Of a stretch of DNA of 64,000 bases, positions 18,784 to 28,434 are shown one piece after another. A program made the position numbers and the translations under genes. The first letter of the stretch is position 1; the number at the start of each line of letters is the position of its first letter. The notes beneath the pieces were generated by a model. It made no database searches, was not told the DNA's origin, and worked only from the letters and a program-made list of their open reading frames with translations. The stretch spans positions 928,001 to 992,000 of the forward strand of contig OY821641.1 of assembly GCA_963555995.3 (NCBI GenBank). The letters are read 5' to 3'. The stretch is from Vicinamibacteria bacterium. Lineage in GTDB: Bacteria > Acidobacteriota > Vicinamibacteria > Marinacidobacterales > Marinacidobacteraceae.

Positions 18784-20924
18784 GTTCGGGGGAATTCCTG
18801 GTCGAGATCGGCTGCGAGGAACTGCCGGCCGCGTGGCTCGATCCCCTGATCGCCGAGTTCGGGACGCTGGTCGCCGGGGGGATCGAGACCGCCGGCCTCG
18901 GGAGCGCCGCGGTGCGCGCCTTCGGGACCCCGCGGCGGCTGGTGGCGGCGGCGGAAGGGGTGCGGGCGCGGCAGCCGGACCGGGTCGAGCGGAAGCTGGG
19001 GCCCCCGGCGCGGGTGGGACGCACCGAGCACGGCGAGTGGACCCGCGCCGCGCTCGGGTTCGCCCGCCGGCAGGGGCTGGAGGGTCCGGACGCGGAGGAC
19101 GCGCTCGCCGTCTTCGAGACGGACCGCGGTCCCTACGTCGGGGTCGAGACGGAGATTCCCGGTCGCGCGGCGGCGCAACTCCTCCCCGGCGTCATCGAGA
19201 GCGCGTTGCGGGGACTTGCGTTCCCGAAGGCGATGCACTGGGACGCGACCGTCAGCGGAGCCCCGTTCCCCTTCGGGCGGCCGATCCGCTGGATCGTGGC
19301 GCTGCTCGACGGCGCGGTGGTGCCGTTCCGGATCGAGGTGGTTGGCGGCGAGCCGGTGGTGGCGGGGAACGAGAGCCGGGGGCACCGGTTCCGGTCCTCG
19401 GCGGGGACACCGGGGAAGCCCTTCGCGGTGGACTCCTTCGCCGCGTTGCGCGACGGGCTGCGGGACCGGCACGTGGTGCTCGATCCGGAGGAGCGGAAGC
19501 GGCTGCTGCTGACGGCGCTCGGCAAAGCGGCGGAGGAACTGGGCGAGTCCTCGTTCGAGAAGCCCGGCCTCCACCACCATCTCGTCGAGTGGCCGGGGGC
19601 GGTCGCGGGCCGTTACGACGAAGGGTTCCGGGTACTGCCCGAGGAGGTCCGGCGCGCGGTTCTGGTGCACCACCAGAAATACCTGCCGGTAGCGGGTGTG
19701 AATGGCTTCCTGGCCGTGGTGAACGTGCCGGACGACCCGAAAGGGACGATCCGCAAGGGCGCCGAACGCGTCGTGCGGGCGCGGCTGCGGGACGCCCGGT
19801 TCTTCTGGGACGAGGCGCTGGCACGCCCCCTCGGCGACCGGCAGGCGAACCTGGAGCGCGTCGCGTTCCACCGGCGGCTCGGGAGTCTCCGTGAGCACAG
19901 CGCCCGGGTGGCGCGGCTCGCACGGTGGGTGGCCGAGCGGGTGGGGGCCGATGCGGACGTCGCCGGGGAGGCGGCTGCGCTCGCGAAGTGCGACCTGACC
20001 ACCACCCTCGTCGGCGAGTTCCCGTCACTCCAGGGCGAGGCGGGGGGACGGATCCTGGAGGCGCAGGGGGTGCACGCCGAGGTGTGGATGGCGGTGTACG
20101 ACCAGTACCGCCCGCTCGGCCTCTTCAGCGGCCTGCCCGAGACGGTGGAAGGTGCGGCGGTGGCGCTCGCGGACCGCGCCGCGACCCTCGCCGGGCTCTT
20201 CGCGGCCGGGGAAGCGTCCTCCGGGTCCGGCGACCCCTTCGGACTGCGGCGGGCGGCGCTCGCCACGCTCTCGATCCTCCGGGAGGCGCCGGGCGCGTAC
20301 CCGGACCACGCGGGCGGCTGGCCCACCCCGGCGGAACTGCTGCAGGAGGCGCTCGCCGACCCGGCGTACCGGGAGGGCGCGCAGGTCGTTGAGACCGACC
20401 TTGCGGAACGGCTGCGGGCGTTCGTGGCCGACCGGCTCCCCCACGCGTTGACCTTGCCGCGCTTCCGGCCGGGTGTGGTGCGCGCCGTTCTGGCCGGGCG
20501 CGGAGTCGAGCACCCGGTCGCCGACTCGTGGCGGCGGATCAACGCGCTCAACGAGGCGGCGGCAGGCGGCGAGTACGTCACGCTCGCGACCGCCCACAAG
20601 CGGGCGCGGCGCATCCTGACCCCGGAAGCGCGCGATGTGGAGCTGAGGCCGGACCTGTTGACGGAGGATGCGGAGCGGGACCTCTTCGGAGCGCTCGTGG
20701 AGGTGGAGGACGAGGTTGCGCGACTCGCGGGTCGGGGCCGCTACTCCGAGGCGTTCTCAGCCATCGCCGGTCTGGCTCCCAAGGTGGACGCCTTCTTCGA
20801 CGACGTGCTGGTGATGGCGGAGGACCCCGCGGTCCGCGCCAACCGGCTGGCGCTGCTGGCCCGGCTGGATGCGCTGTTCGGCGAGGTTGGCGATCTGAGT
20901 CAGATAGAAGCCTCGGCGTCGTGA
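18780..20924 (+). CDS. glyS: Glycine--tRNA ligase beta subunit
   Basis: EIGCEELP, TPRRL, RPIRW, EFP.LQG, SGSGDPFGLRR, FFDDVLVM..D..VR.NRL. Confidence 0.96.
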   Translation: MSSGEFLVEIGCEELPAAWLDPLIAEFGTLVAGGIETAGLGSAAVRAFGTPRRLVAAAEGVRARQPDRVERKLGPPARVGRTEHGEWTRAALGFARRQGLEGPDAEDALAVFETDRGPYVGVETEIPGRAAAQLLPGVIESALRGLAFPKAMHWDATVSGAPFPFGRPIRWIVALLDGAVVPFRIEVVGGEPVVAGNESRGHRFRSSAGTPGKPFAVDSFAALRDGLRDRHVVLDPEERKRLLLTALGKAAEELGESSFEKPGLHHHLVEWPGAVAGRYDEGFRVLPEEVRRAVLVHHQKYLPVAGVNGFLAVVNVPDDPKGTIRKGAERVVRARLRDARFFWDEALARPLGDRQANLERVAFHRRLGSLREHSARVARLARWVAERVGADADVAGEAAALAKCDLTTTLVGEFPSLQGEAGGRILEAQGVHAEVWMAVYDQYRPLGLFSGLPETVEGAAVALADRAATLAGLFAAGEASSGSGDPFGLRRAALATLSILREAPGAYPDHAGGWPTPAELLQEALADPAYREGAQVVETDLAERLRAFVADRLPHALTLPRFRPGVVRAVLAGRGVEHPVADSWRRINALNEAAAGGEYVTLATAHKRARRILTPEARDVELRPDLLTEDAERDLFGALVEVEDEVARLAGRGRYSEAFSAIAGLAPKVDAFFDDVLVMAEDPAVRANRLALLARLDALFGEVGDLSQIEASAS

Positions 20925-21020
20925 GGAGTGATGTCGCGCGCATTTGGTCTGTGCGGGCCTCCCGTGCCGGGCGCTGATGCGAATCGGTGGGAGGTGGTGA
21001 AGATCCAGTTGTGCCCGGAC

Positions 21021-21113
21021 GCGGCGCAAAGCGCCGCGGGGGTGGGGTGCGGGGAGGGGTTTCCCCTCCCTGCGAAAAACGATGGCGCGGATCGCGCAGC
21101 GATGCGCGCCATC
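21021..21113. other. Three consecutive GC-rich hairpins (REP/mobile-element end or structured RNA)
   Basis: Stems at 21021-21037, 21049-21073 and 21081-21113 in the glyS-mutL spacer. Confidence 0.5.
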
Positions 21114-21211
21114 ATCTCGTGGAGAGAGCGTCCTGCGTTCTGGACTAGCCCCCGATTTGCCGCCCATGCCGTCCCCGACGCCGTGCAGGACGCTTTCTCC
21201 ACGAGTTAGCG

Positions 21212-22981
21212 ATGGGGCGGATCCACCGGCTGCCGGCGGCGGTGGCCAACCAGATCGCGGCGGGGGAGGTGGTCGAACGGCCGGCCGCGGTGGTTCGTGA
21301 ACTCGTGGAGAACTCGATTGACGCCGGGGCGTCCGCCGTCTCGGTGCGGGTCCGGGGCGCGGGGAAGACCGAGATCCGGGTGAGCGACGACGGGGTCGGG
21401 ATGAGCACGGAGGACGCCCGCCTGGCGCTGGAGCGCCATGCGACCAGCAAGATCGAGTCGGTGGACGACCTCACCGGCATCGGCTCGCTCGGGTTCCGGG
21501 GCGAAGCGCTGCCCTCGATTGCCTCGGTGTCCCGCTTCCGCCTCCGCACCCGGGAGAAGGACGCCGACGCCGGCTGGGAGATCGCCGTGGAGGGCGGCGC
21601 GACGGTGGCCGACCGGCCCGCCGGGATGCCGCCCGGGACGGTGGTGGAGGTGCGCGACCTCTTCTTCAACACCCCCGCGCGGCGGAAGTTCCTGCGCGGG
21701 GAGAAGACGGAGGCGGCCCACATCGTCCAGGCGGTCTCGAACCTCGCGTTCTGCTGGCCGCAGGTCCGCTTCGACCTGGAGAGCGGCGACCGGCAGGTTC
21801 TGGCGCTGGAGCCGGGTGACGCCGCCGCCGGACGCCTGGAGCAGCTCGAGCCCCGCTGGGGCCGCGACGCCATCCCCGTCGAGGCGCGCGCGGGCGACCT
21901 CGCGGTGCGCGCCTTTCTGTCGCCGCCGATGGCGTCGCGCGGCGCTTCCTCGAGACTCCTGCTCTTCGTGAACGGCCGGCCGGTCAGGGACCGGCGCCTG
22001 TTCCACGCGGTCACCGAGGCGTACCGGCGGCTCTCGAGCCTCAGCGGCACGCCGAAGGCGTACGTGTTCCTCGAAGCGCCGCCGGACGCGGTGGACGTGA
22101 ACGTGCATCCGGCGAAGGCCGAGGTCCGGTTCAGCGATCCCGACGAGGCCTGGCGCGCCGTCTTCCGCAGCGTGCGCGCCGCGCTGGAGGGCGGGCCGAA
22201 GCGGGTGGACCTCGGGCCGGCGGCGCCCGGCCGCCGGGTGATTCCCTCCCCGGGGCGCGCCCTGGCCGGCCCTTCGGGGGGCCGAGCCGCCGAACCCGCC
22301 ACCTCCGTCCCGCCGCACCCCGGCTGGGACGGGAAGGCGGCCGCCGACCTGCTCTACGGCGCGGACCGGGTCGAGGACGCGCCGCGGGCCGGGTACCTGG
22401 ACTTCGGCGATGTCCCGCCGGTGGTCCTCGGCCAGTTCCGGCGCACCTACATCCTCGCGGAGCAACGCAACGAACTCGTCATCGTGGACCAGCACGCCGC
22501 CGACGAGCGGGTGATCTACAACCGCCTCATGGAACGGTCCGGCGACCCGCGGACGCATCCGCTGCTGCAGCCGGTCCCGCTCGAACTCTCGCCGGTCGAG
22601 CGCACGGCGCTCGTCGCCGAGCGGGAACGGCTGGCCGCCGCCGGTTTCGACCTGGAGCCGTTCGGGGGCGATTCCTGGATCCTGCGCGGAGTACCCGAAG
22701 TGCTCGGGGTAGGCCGCGGGCTGGACGTCCTCATGCGCTCGCTGGCTTCCGAGGAGAGCGAGTGCGCGGCCAGCGCCGCCCACGACGCCCGCGCCCGGAT
22801 CATGGCGCGGGTGGCGTGTCACGCCGCGGTCACCGCCGGGGTGACGCTCACTGGCGAGAGGATGGAAGAGGTGCTGCGTTCGCTCTGGGCGACGGCGAAC
22901 CCCTCCACCTGTCCGCACGGGCGTCCCACCGTCCTCCGCCTCGACCTGCCCTTCATCGAGCGGCGTTTCGGCCGGAGTTGA
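21212..22981 (+). CDS. mutL: DNA mismatch repair endonuclease MutL
   Basis: NQIAAGEVVERP, GFRGEAL, DVNVHP.K, DQHAA.ER, ACH, CPHGRP. Confidence 0.97.
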   Translation: MGRIHRLPAAVANQIAAGEVVERPAAVVRELVENSIDAGASAVSVRVRGAGKTEIRVSDDGVGMSTEDARLALERHATSKIESVDDLTGIGSLGFRGEALPSIASVSRFRLRTREKDADAGWEIAVEGGATVADRPAGMPPGTVVEVRDLFFNTPARRKFLRGEKTEAAHIVQAVSNLAFCWPQVRFDLESGDRQVLALEPGDAAAGRLEQLEPRWGRDAIPVEARAGDLAVRAFLSPPMASRGASSRLLLFVNGRPVRDRRLFHAVTEAYRRLSSLSGTPKAYVFLEAPPDAVDVNVHPAKAEVRFSDPDEAWRAVFRSVRAALEGGPKRVDLGPAAPGRRVIPSPGRALAGPSGGRAAEPATSVPPHPGWDGKAAADLLYGADRVEDAPRAGYLDFGDVPPVVLGQFRRTYILAEQRNELVIVDQHAADERVIYNRLMERSGDPRTHPLLQPVPLELSPVERTALVAERERLAAAGFDLEPFGGDSWILRGVPEVLGVGRGLDVLMRSLASEESECAASAAHDARARIMARVACHAAVTAGVTLTGERMEEVLRSLWATANPSTCPHGRPTVLRLDLPFIERRFGRS

Positions 22982-23047
22982 GATGGCGAAGCGGAAACCA
23001 CGCAAGGAGCCGCCGCCCGCGGCAGCTTCCTTCTCCGCACCAAGTCG

Positions 23048-23076
23048 TTGACAATCGGCACATAATGGGCGACAAT
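23048..23076 (+). promoter_or_regulatory. Sigma70-type promoter TTGACA-N17-GACAAT for brnTA
   Basis: Perfect -35 box with canonical 17-nt spacing, 14 nt before toxin ATG. Confidence 0.6.
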
Positions 23077-23090
23077 CGTCGCTTAGTGGC

Positions 23091-23375
23091 ATGGCCCGTT
23101 GTCTCTGGGATCCTGCGAAGAACAGACGCCTCATCGCCGAGCGCGGAGTCAGCTTCGAGGAGGTTGCAACCTTGATCGAATCGGGTTTGCTGACGGATGT
23201 CTTCGACCACCCGGACCCGGAACGGTCGCATCAACGGATTGCGGTTCTCGAAATCGGTGAGTACGCCTACTTGGTGCCCTACGTCGAGACGGAAGCGGGC
23301 GACTTCTTCCTCAAGACGATCATCCCGAGTCGGAAGGCGACCAGGAAATATCTGAGAGAGGGTGGCGCACGATGA
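23091..23375 (+). CDS. BrnT-family toxin
   Basis: WD..KN......RG.SFEE and FLKTIIPSRKAT motifs; ATGA overlap with partner. Confidence 0.85.
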   Translation: MARCLWDPAKNRRLIAERGVSFEEVATLIESGLLTDVFDHPDPERSHQRIAVLEIGEYAYLVPYVETEAGDFFLKTIIPSRKATRKYLREGGAR

Positions 23376-23662
23376 CCCAACGCACGCCGAATCTCGATTC
23401 GGGAGCACTCGATCCCGAGGAGCGGGAGATCCTGCGAGCCTACGAGGAAGGACGTCTTCGAAGAGCCTCGAGCCCGTCCGGGGAAGCCGGCCGGCTGGAG
23501 TCCGCAGCCCGTGAGACGCTTCGCAAGGACAGGCGAATCAACATTCGCCTGCCGAACCACGACCTGGCCGAGATCAAACGGTTAGCGGCCCGGGAAGGAA
23601 TTCCGTACCAGACGCTCATCTCCAGCATCCTTCACAAATACGCCACCGGCGTACTTCGCTGA
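23372..23662 (+). CDS. BrnA/CopG-like antitoxin
   Basis: K..RINIRL...DL..IK..A..EGIPYQTLISSILHKY RHH motif. Confidence 0.85.
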   Translation: MTQRTPNLDSGALDPEEREILRAYEEGRLRRASSPSGEAGRLESAARETLRKDRRINIRLPNHDLAEIKRLAAREGIPYQTLISSILHKYATGVLR

Positions 23663-23709
23663 ACCAGGCCGGCTCCCTCGCGCCGGTTCCACCACGGACC
23701 GTGACCACG

Positions 23710-23943
23710 ATGACGAAGAAACGCCCCCGGGAGCCGCTGCCCACCGCGGTGACGCTTGCGTGGTTGCGCTACTTCGCGGGCCGGACGCTGATGATGGTGG
23801 GGATGCTGGTGGTGACCGCCGCCGCCGCGCTCTTCTTCGGCGCGGACGCCGAGCGCCGGATGCTCGTCTTCACCGGGACGGGGGCGCTCCTGTTCGTCGC
23901 CGGCTGGCTGCTGTCCAAAAAACGCCCGCCGGAAGCGCGGTGA
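23710..23943 (+). CDS. Small two-TM membrane protein
   Basis: Two hydrophobic segments with basic termini; host-like codon usage. Confidence 0.6.
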   Translation: MTKKRPREPLPTAVTLAWLRYFAGRTLMMVGMLVVTAAAALFFGADAERRMLVFTGTGALLFVAGWLLSKKRPPEAR

Positions 23944-23963
23944 GCTGACCGGCGTCCGCGCTC

Positions 23964-24401
23964 CTATCCCCCGATGCCGTCGGCGGTGAAGAAGCTGACC
24001 ACCGACTCGAGCTCTTCCTTGCCCTCGTCGAGCTTGTGCTTGAGGACGTTCCGCACGCTGGCCATGGCGAGCACCTTGTCGCCGTCCATGATGGGCAGGT
24101 GCCGGAAGTGGTTCGTCACCATGATCTCGAGCGCCTTCTCGAGCGGCGTCTCCTGGGTCACCGTCACCGGATTGCGCGTCATCGCCTCGCCCACGGTGGT
24201 GGTCTCGGGATCGCGGTGCAGCGCCACCACCCGGGTCATCAGGTCGCGTTCGGAGAACATGCCGAGGAGCGTCCCGTCGGGATTCACGACGGCGGCGGCG
24301 CCGACCCGGTCGCGGACCATCAACTTGACGGCGTCGCAGATGGTCTCCTCGGGGGGGACGCAGGTGGCGGGCCGGTCACTGATCTTGAGCAGCGGGTCCA
24401 T
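23964..24401 (-). CDS. CBS-pair domain protein
   Basis: GMFSERDL, AMTRNPVTV, FRHLPI; SD AAGGA upstream; start re-called. Confidence 0.88.
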   Translation of the reverse strand: MDPLLKISDRPATCVPPEETICDAVKLMVRDRVGAAAVVNPDGTLLGMFSERDLMTRVVALHRDPETTTVGEAMTRNPVTVTQETPLEKALEIMVTNHFRHLPIMDGDKVLAMASVRNVLKHKLDEGKEELESVVSFFTADGIGG

Positions 24402-24536
24402 GGCATCTTCCTTCGTTGATCGCGGTGTCGGGGTCGGAAGTTTCGCAAAAGGCGGGCGCGATGGCAATTTCGGCGCCCGGATCGCCCCCGGGGGAACAGA
24501 ATTCCGGTCTCCGACGTCCCAACGTTCCCAGGACCC

Positions 24537-25670
24537 ATGAAGCTCGCCATCGTCTGCTACCCCACCCACGGCGGGAGCGGCGCGGTCGCTTCCGAACTGG
24601 CGATCGGGATGGCGGACGGCGGCCACGACGTCCACGTGGTGAGCTACGCGGTGCCCTTCCGGCTGCGGCGTTTCCATCCGGGAGTCCGGCTTCACGAGGT
24701 GGAGATCGCGTCGTATCCGCTGTTCCGCTACCCGCCGTACACCCTGGGACTCGCGACGAAGCTCGCCGAGGTGGCGAGCGACGAGGGCGCTTTCGACGTC
24801 ATCCACGCCCACTACGCGGTCCCGAACGCGGTCAGCGCCTTCCTCGCCCGCGAGATCATCGGGAACGGCCGCACCCGCGTGGTGACCACCCTCCACGGCA
24901 CCGACATCACCCTGGTCGGCGCGGACAAGTCCTTCCACCGGGTGATCCGGTTCGCGCTGGAGCGGTCGGACGCGGTGACGGCGGTCTCGGCGTACCTCGC
25001 CGACCGCACCCAGCGCGACTTCGCCCCGCACGTCCCGGTGGAGGTGATCCCGAACTTCGTGGACACCGCGCTGCCGCCCCCCGGACCGGAGCGGGGCGCC
25101 CGTGACGCCTGGGCCCCGAACGGCGAGCGGATCCTCATGCATATCTCGAACTTCCGGCCGGTGAAGCGCATCAGCGACGTGGTGCGGATCTTCGCCGAGG
25201 TCCGCCGGGAGCTCCCGGCGAAACTGGTGCTGGTCGGGGAGGGGCCGGAGCGGCTCTTCGCCCAGCAGCTCGTGCGCGAGCTCGAACTCACCGGCGACGT
25301 GATCTTCCTGGGGCAGCAGGACGACATCCAGGGACCGCTCGCCGGCGCCGACCTCCTGCTGCTGCCGAGCGAGCAGGAGAGCTTCGGCCTGACGGCGCTC
25401 GAGGCGATGGTGAGCCGCGTCCCGGTGATCGCGACGACCATCGGCGGGCTTCCGGAGGTCGTCGCCGACGGCGAGACCGGGCGGCTGTTCCCGGTCGGCG
25501 AGGTACGCGGGATGGCGGCGGAGGCGGTGCGGCTGCTGCGCGACGAGCCGGCGCGCCGGGCGATGGGCGACGCGGGCCGGGCGCGGGCCATCGAACACTT
25601 CGCCCGCGAGATCGTGATGCCCCGCTACGAGGACCTCTACCGGCGGGTGACGGTTGGCGTTCCGGGTTGA
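24537..25670 (+). CDS. bshA: N-acetyl-alpha-D-glucosaminyl L-malate synthase (GT4)
   Basis: CYPT.GGSG, HAHYAVP, TTLHGTDITLVG, HISNFRPVKR, ESFGL.ALEAM. Confidence 0.9.
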   Translation: MKLAIVCYPTHGGSGAVASELAIGMADGGHDVHVVSYAVPFRLRRFHPGVRLHEVEIASYPLFRYPPYTLGLATKLAEVASDEGAFDVIHAHYAVPNAVSAFLAREIIGNGRTRVVTTLHGTDITLVGADKSFHRVIRFALERSDAVTAVSAYLADRTQRDFAPHVPVEVIPNFVDTALPPPGPERGARDAWAPNGERILMHISNFRPVKRISDVVRIFAEVRRELPAKLVLVGEGPERLFAQQLVRELELTGDVIFLGQQDDIQGPLAGADLLLLPSEQESFGLTALEAMVSRVPVIATTIGGLPEVVADGETGRLFPVGEVRGMAAEAVRLLRDEPARRAMGDAGRARAIEHFAREIVMPRYEDLYRRVTVGVPG

Positions 25671-25696
25671 GGTCGTCGGGGAAGGGGAGAGGGTCT

Positions 25697-25744
25697 GGAG
25701 TTTCGCCCGCTGCGCGGGCGATGCCGGCCGGAGGCCGGCGCTCC
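25697..25744 (-). repeat. REP-family two-hairpin unit (variant)
   Basis: Minus strand GGAGCGCCGGCCTCCGGCCGGCATCGCCCGCGCAGCGGGCGAAACTCC. Confidence 0.7.
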
Positions 25745-25773
25745 GGTGCGGCGCTCCGGGCGGAGCGCCGGGG

Positions 25774-26730
25774 TTATTCGGGGTAGATCGCTTCGCGGTA
25801 GGCGAGGGGTTGCGGGCGCTCGGCGAGGTAGGCCTGACCGACAAGGCTCTGAACCCCCCGTCGGGCCGCCCAGGTTGCGAGGGAACGGACCGGCGCCGCC
25901 AGGGGGGCCTCCCGCGCCCGGAAGGCGGCGATCTCGCCGCCGAGGCGCGCCCGCGCCGCCGGATCGAGCCGTTTCCTGAGGTGTCCGGCGAGGTGGAGGA
26001 GGACGTTGTGGTGCGTCCCCACGGAGGCCGGTTCGGCGAGCCCGGCGAGGAACCCGTCCCGGTAGCGCGGCAGCGCGCCCCGGGCGTCCCGGGTGGCGGC
26101 GAGCGAGCGGCCGAGCCGGCGGGCGGTCGTTTCCGAGTGCGCCATCAGGACCATTTTCCAGCGGGCGTGGAAGTCGTAGAGCCGTCGGGCGTCCGGCGGG
26201 CGCGAAGCGAGTTCCCGGATCTCGGCGAGCGCGAAGACCCGGGTCAGCCAGTGGTCGCGGCGCGCGGGGTGCTCGAGGTCCGTTTCGGAGATCCGCGGCG
26301 CCTCGGGAAGCGCCGCCGCGAGGCGGCTCGCGAAGATTCCGGTCCCGTCCTCCGAGATCACGGCACCGCCCTCGTGGAGCTTCACGTCCCCCATGCCGCA
26401 GCTCGGTGAACGCGACTTGAGCACGATCCCGGCGACGCGGGCCTCGTCGAACGCGGCGGCGGCCCGCCGCGCGTAGTCGTCCATGAGCCGGGTCAGGTCT
26501 TCGTCCCGCGCGCCGAGGAGGCTGGTGGCGGTTCCCCTGCGTTCAAGCCGGATCTTCGGCCGCGGTACACCGAGCCCGATGCCGACTTCGGGGCACTCGG
26601 AGACCAGTTCGAACGCGCCGCCGAGCGCGCCGGTCACGGTGCGGCTCCGGCGGTGCCCGCCGTCGTAGCGCACTTCCTCGCCGAGGAGGCAGCCCGAAAC
26701 CGCGATCCGTATGGGAGGCTGACGCTCCAT
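25774..26730 (-). CDS. DUF523 (thiouracil desulfidase-like) + DUF1722 (YbgA) protein
   Basis: S.CLLG..VRYDG.H, CPEV..GLGVPR, KS.SPSCG, FH..K..LMAH motifs. Confidence 0.88.
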   Translation of the reverse strand: MERQPPIRIAVSGCLLGEEVRYDGGHRRSRTVTGALGGAFELVSECPEVGIGLGVPRPKIRLERRGTATSLLGARDEDLTRLMDDYARRAAAAFDEARVAGIVLKSRSPSCGMGDVKLHEGGAVISEDGTGIFASRLAAALPEAPRISETDLEHPARRDHWLTRVFALAEIRELASRPPDARRLYDFHARWKMVLMAHSETTARRLGRSLAATRDARGALPRYRDGFLAGLAEPASVGTHHNVLLHLAGHLRKRLDPAARARLGGEIAAFRAREAPLAAPVRSLATWAARRGVQSLVGQAYLAERPQPLAYREAIYPE

Positions 26731-26732
26731 GG

Positions 26733-27416
26733 TCACTCCCCGCAGAGTTCGCGCGCCGTCGCGAAGACCTCGTGGAACATGGGCCGGGTGAGCCGGCCGG
26801 TGAACGTGTTCTGCTGGCTCGGGTGGTAGCTCGCCAGCAACTCGACGGTCGGCGCGATGGAGAACCGGGCGCCGTGCCCGAACGCGGGGGCCGGCGCCGG
26901 GACCTCACGGCCGAGCTCCTTCCAGACCCGGAGGAAGGTGCGGAAGGCGATGCCCCCCAGCGCCAGTACGACGCGGAGCCGGGTCGCCCCGAGGATCTCC
27001 TCCTCGAGGAAGGGCTGGCAGGCGGCGAGTTCCTCGGTGGTCGGGCGATTCGCCGGGGGGGCGCAGTGGACCGCCGCGGTGATCCGGGCGCCCAGCAGCC
27101 GCAACCCGTCGTCCGGATCGGGCGAGTGGGGCGCCGACGAGAACCCGAACCGGTGGAGCGCCTCGTAGAGCCACTCGCCCGAGCGGTCCCCGGTGAACAT
27201 CCGTCCGGTGCGGTTCGCGCCGTGAGCGGCGGGGGCGAGGCCCACGATCAATAACCGGAAACCCTCGTCGCCGAACGAGGGCACCGGACGCGCCCAGTAG
27301 TCGTGTCCGCGGTAGCGGCGCGGGGGCTCGGCGGCGACCGCCTCGCGGTGCTCCACGAGGCGCGGACAGGCCCGGCACGCGGCAACGCGCGCGTGGAAGT
27401 CGTCGGAGAGCGGCAC
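26733..27416 (-). CDS. Uracil-DNA glycosylase family 5 (UdgB-like)
   Basis: C.ACPRL, GLAPAAHGANRTGRMFTGD, CAPP.N.P, YHPSQQN. Confidence 0.9.
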   Translation of the reverse strand: MPLSDDFHARVAACRACPRLVEHREAVAAEPPRRYRGHDYWARPVPSFGDEGFRLLIVGLAPAAHGANRTGRMFTGDRSGEWLYEALHRFGFSSAPHSPDPDDGLRLLGARITAAVHCAPPANRPTTEELAACQPFLEEEILGATRLRVVLALGGIAFRTFLRVWKELGREVPAPAPAFGHGARFSIAPTVELLASYHPSQQNTFTGRLTRPMFHEVFATARELCGE

Positions 27417-27442
27417 GGGCGCCCCAATTGTCGCAGCCCGCC

Positions 27443-27604
27443 GGGAGCGCCGGTCTTCAGACCGGCACGCGCCGCGCGACAGCGCGGGGCACGGCACGAC
27501 GCTGAGCGGCCCGGTGGTGCTCTCACTCGGTTCATCACCGCACACAGCCACACGACAGCCGCGGGCCTGCGGCCCGCTGTGCCGCTCTGAAGAGCGGCGC
27601 TCCC
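27443..27604. repeat. REPIN-like element (second copy)
   Basis: Inverted REP pair 27443-27468 / 27579-27604; internal part similar to 9537-9647. Confidence 0.85.
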
Positions 27605-27663
27605 AGTCGTTCCGCCGTTTTTCATGAGTTGACGGGGCGGTATCCGTCAGAATGTGCGGTCGG

Positions 27664-28434
27664 ATGACCGCCCGGGAGCAGTTCCTCGAACCCGACGATC
27701 CGGGGCGCGCCCGGCTGGCGCTGAGCTGGTCGCCGGGAACCGCCGCCGCGGCGCCGGTGTGGGTCTTCCTGCACGGGTTGGGTTCCGACCGCCAGGGGGA
27801 CAAGGCCCGGCGGTTCCGCGACCACCTCGCCGGACGTGGACCCGGGTTCCTGGCGCTCGACTTCACCGGGCACGGCGCATCGGGGGGCGACTGCCGGGGC
27901 CTCTCGCTGACCCGCAACCTCGAGGACATCGGCCGCGCCGGTTCGTTCCTGAGGGAGGAGGCTCCGGCATCCCCGGTCGTCCTGGTCGGCTCCTCGATGG
28001 GGGGGATCGCCGCCCTCTGGTACGCGGCCCTCCATCCCGGTGACGTGCAGCGCGTCTTCGCCATCGCTCCCGCCTTCCTGATGGCGGCGCGCTTTGCGGC
28101 CAGCCTGTCCGCCGCCGCGCGGCGGGACTGGGGCGAGCGCGGGTTCCTCTCCGTGCCGGTGGGCGACCGGGATCTCGAAATCGGCTGGGGCGTCGTCGCG
28201 GACGAGGACCGCTACCCGATGGAGCGGCTGGCGGAGACGCTGCGCACGCCCTCGCTGCTGGTCCACGGGGCCGAAGACGCCGTGGTGCCCCCGGAGCTGT
28301 CGCGTGACTTCGCCGAGCTCTGTCCCGTGGCGGAACTCACGGAGATCGAGGACGGGGACCACCGGCTGAGCGAGCACAAGGACCTGCTCTTCGAACTCAT
28401 GTGGACCGCCGCCGCGGGCGTCCCGGGGACCTGA
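27664..28434 (+). CDS. Alpha/beta hydrolase
   Basis: FLHG, DF.GHG.S, GSSMGG, HG.ED..VP, DGDH. Confidence 0.88.
   Translation: MTAREQFLEPDDPGRARLALSWSPGTAAAAPVWVFLHGLGSDRQGDKARRFRDHLAGRGPGFLALDFTGHGASGGDCRGLSLTRNLEDIGRAGSFLREEAPASPVVLVGSSMGGIAALWYAALHPGDVQRVFAIAPAFLMAARFAASLSAAARRDWGERGFLSVPVGDRDLEIGWGVVADEDRYPMERLAETLRTPSLLVHGAEDAVVPPELSRDFAELCPVAELTEIEDGDHRLSEHKDLLFELMWTAAAGVPGT

Noticed and set aside
23964-25844. 626-aa ORF ending in CBS domains
   Set aside because: Upstream part is the antisense shadow of bshA; real gene starts at 24401 with an SD
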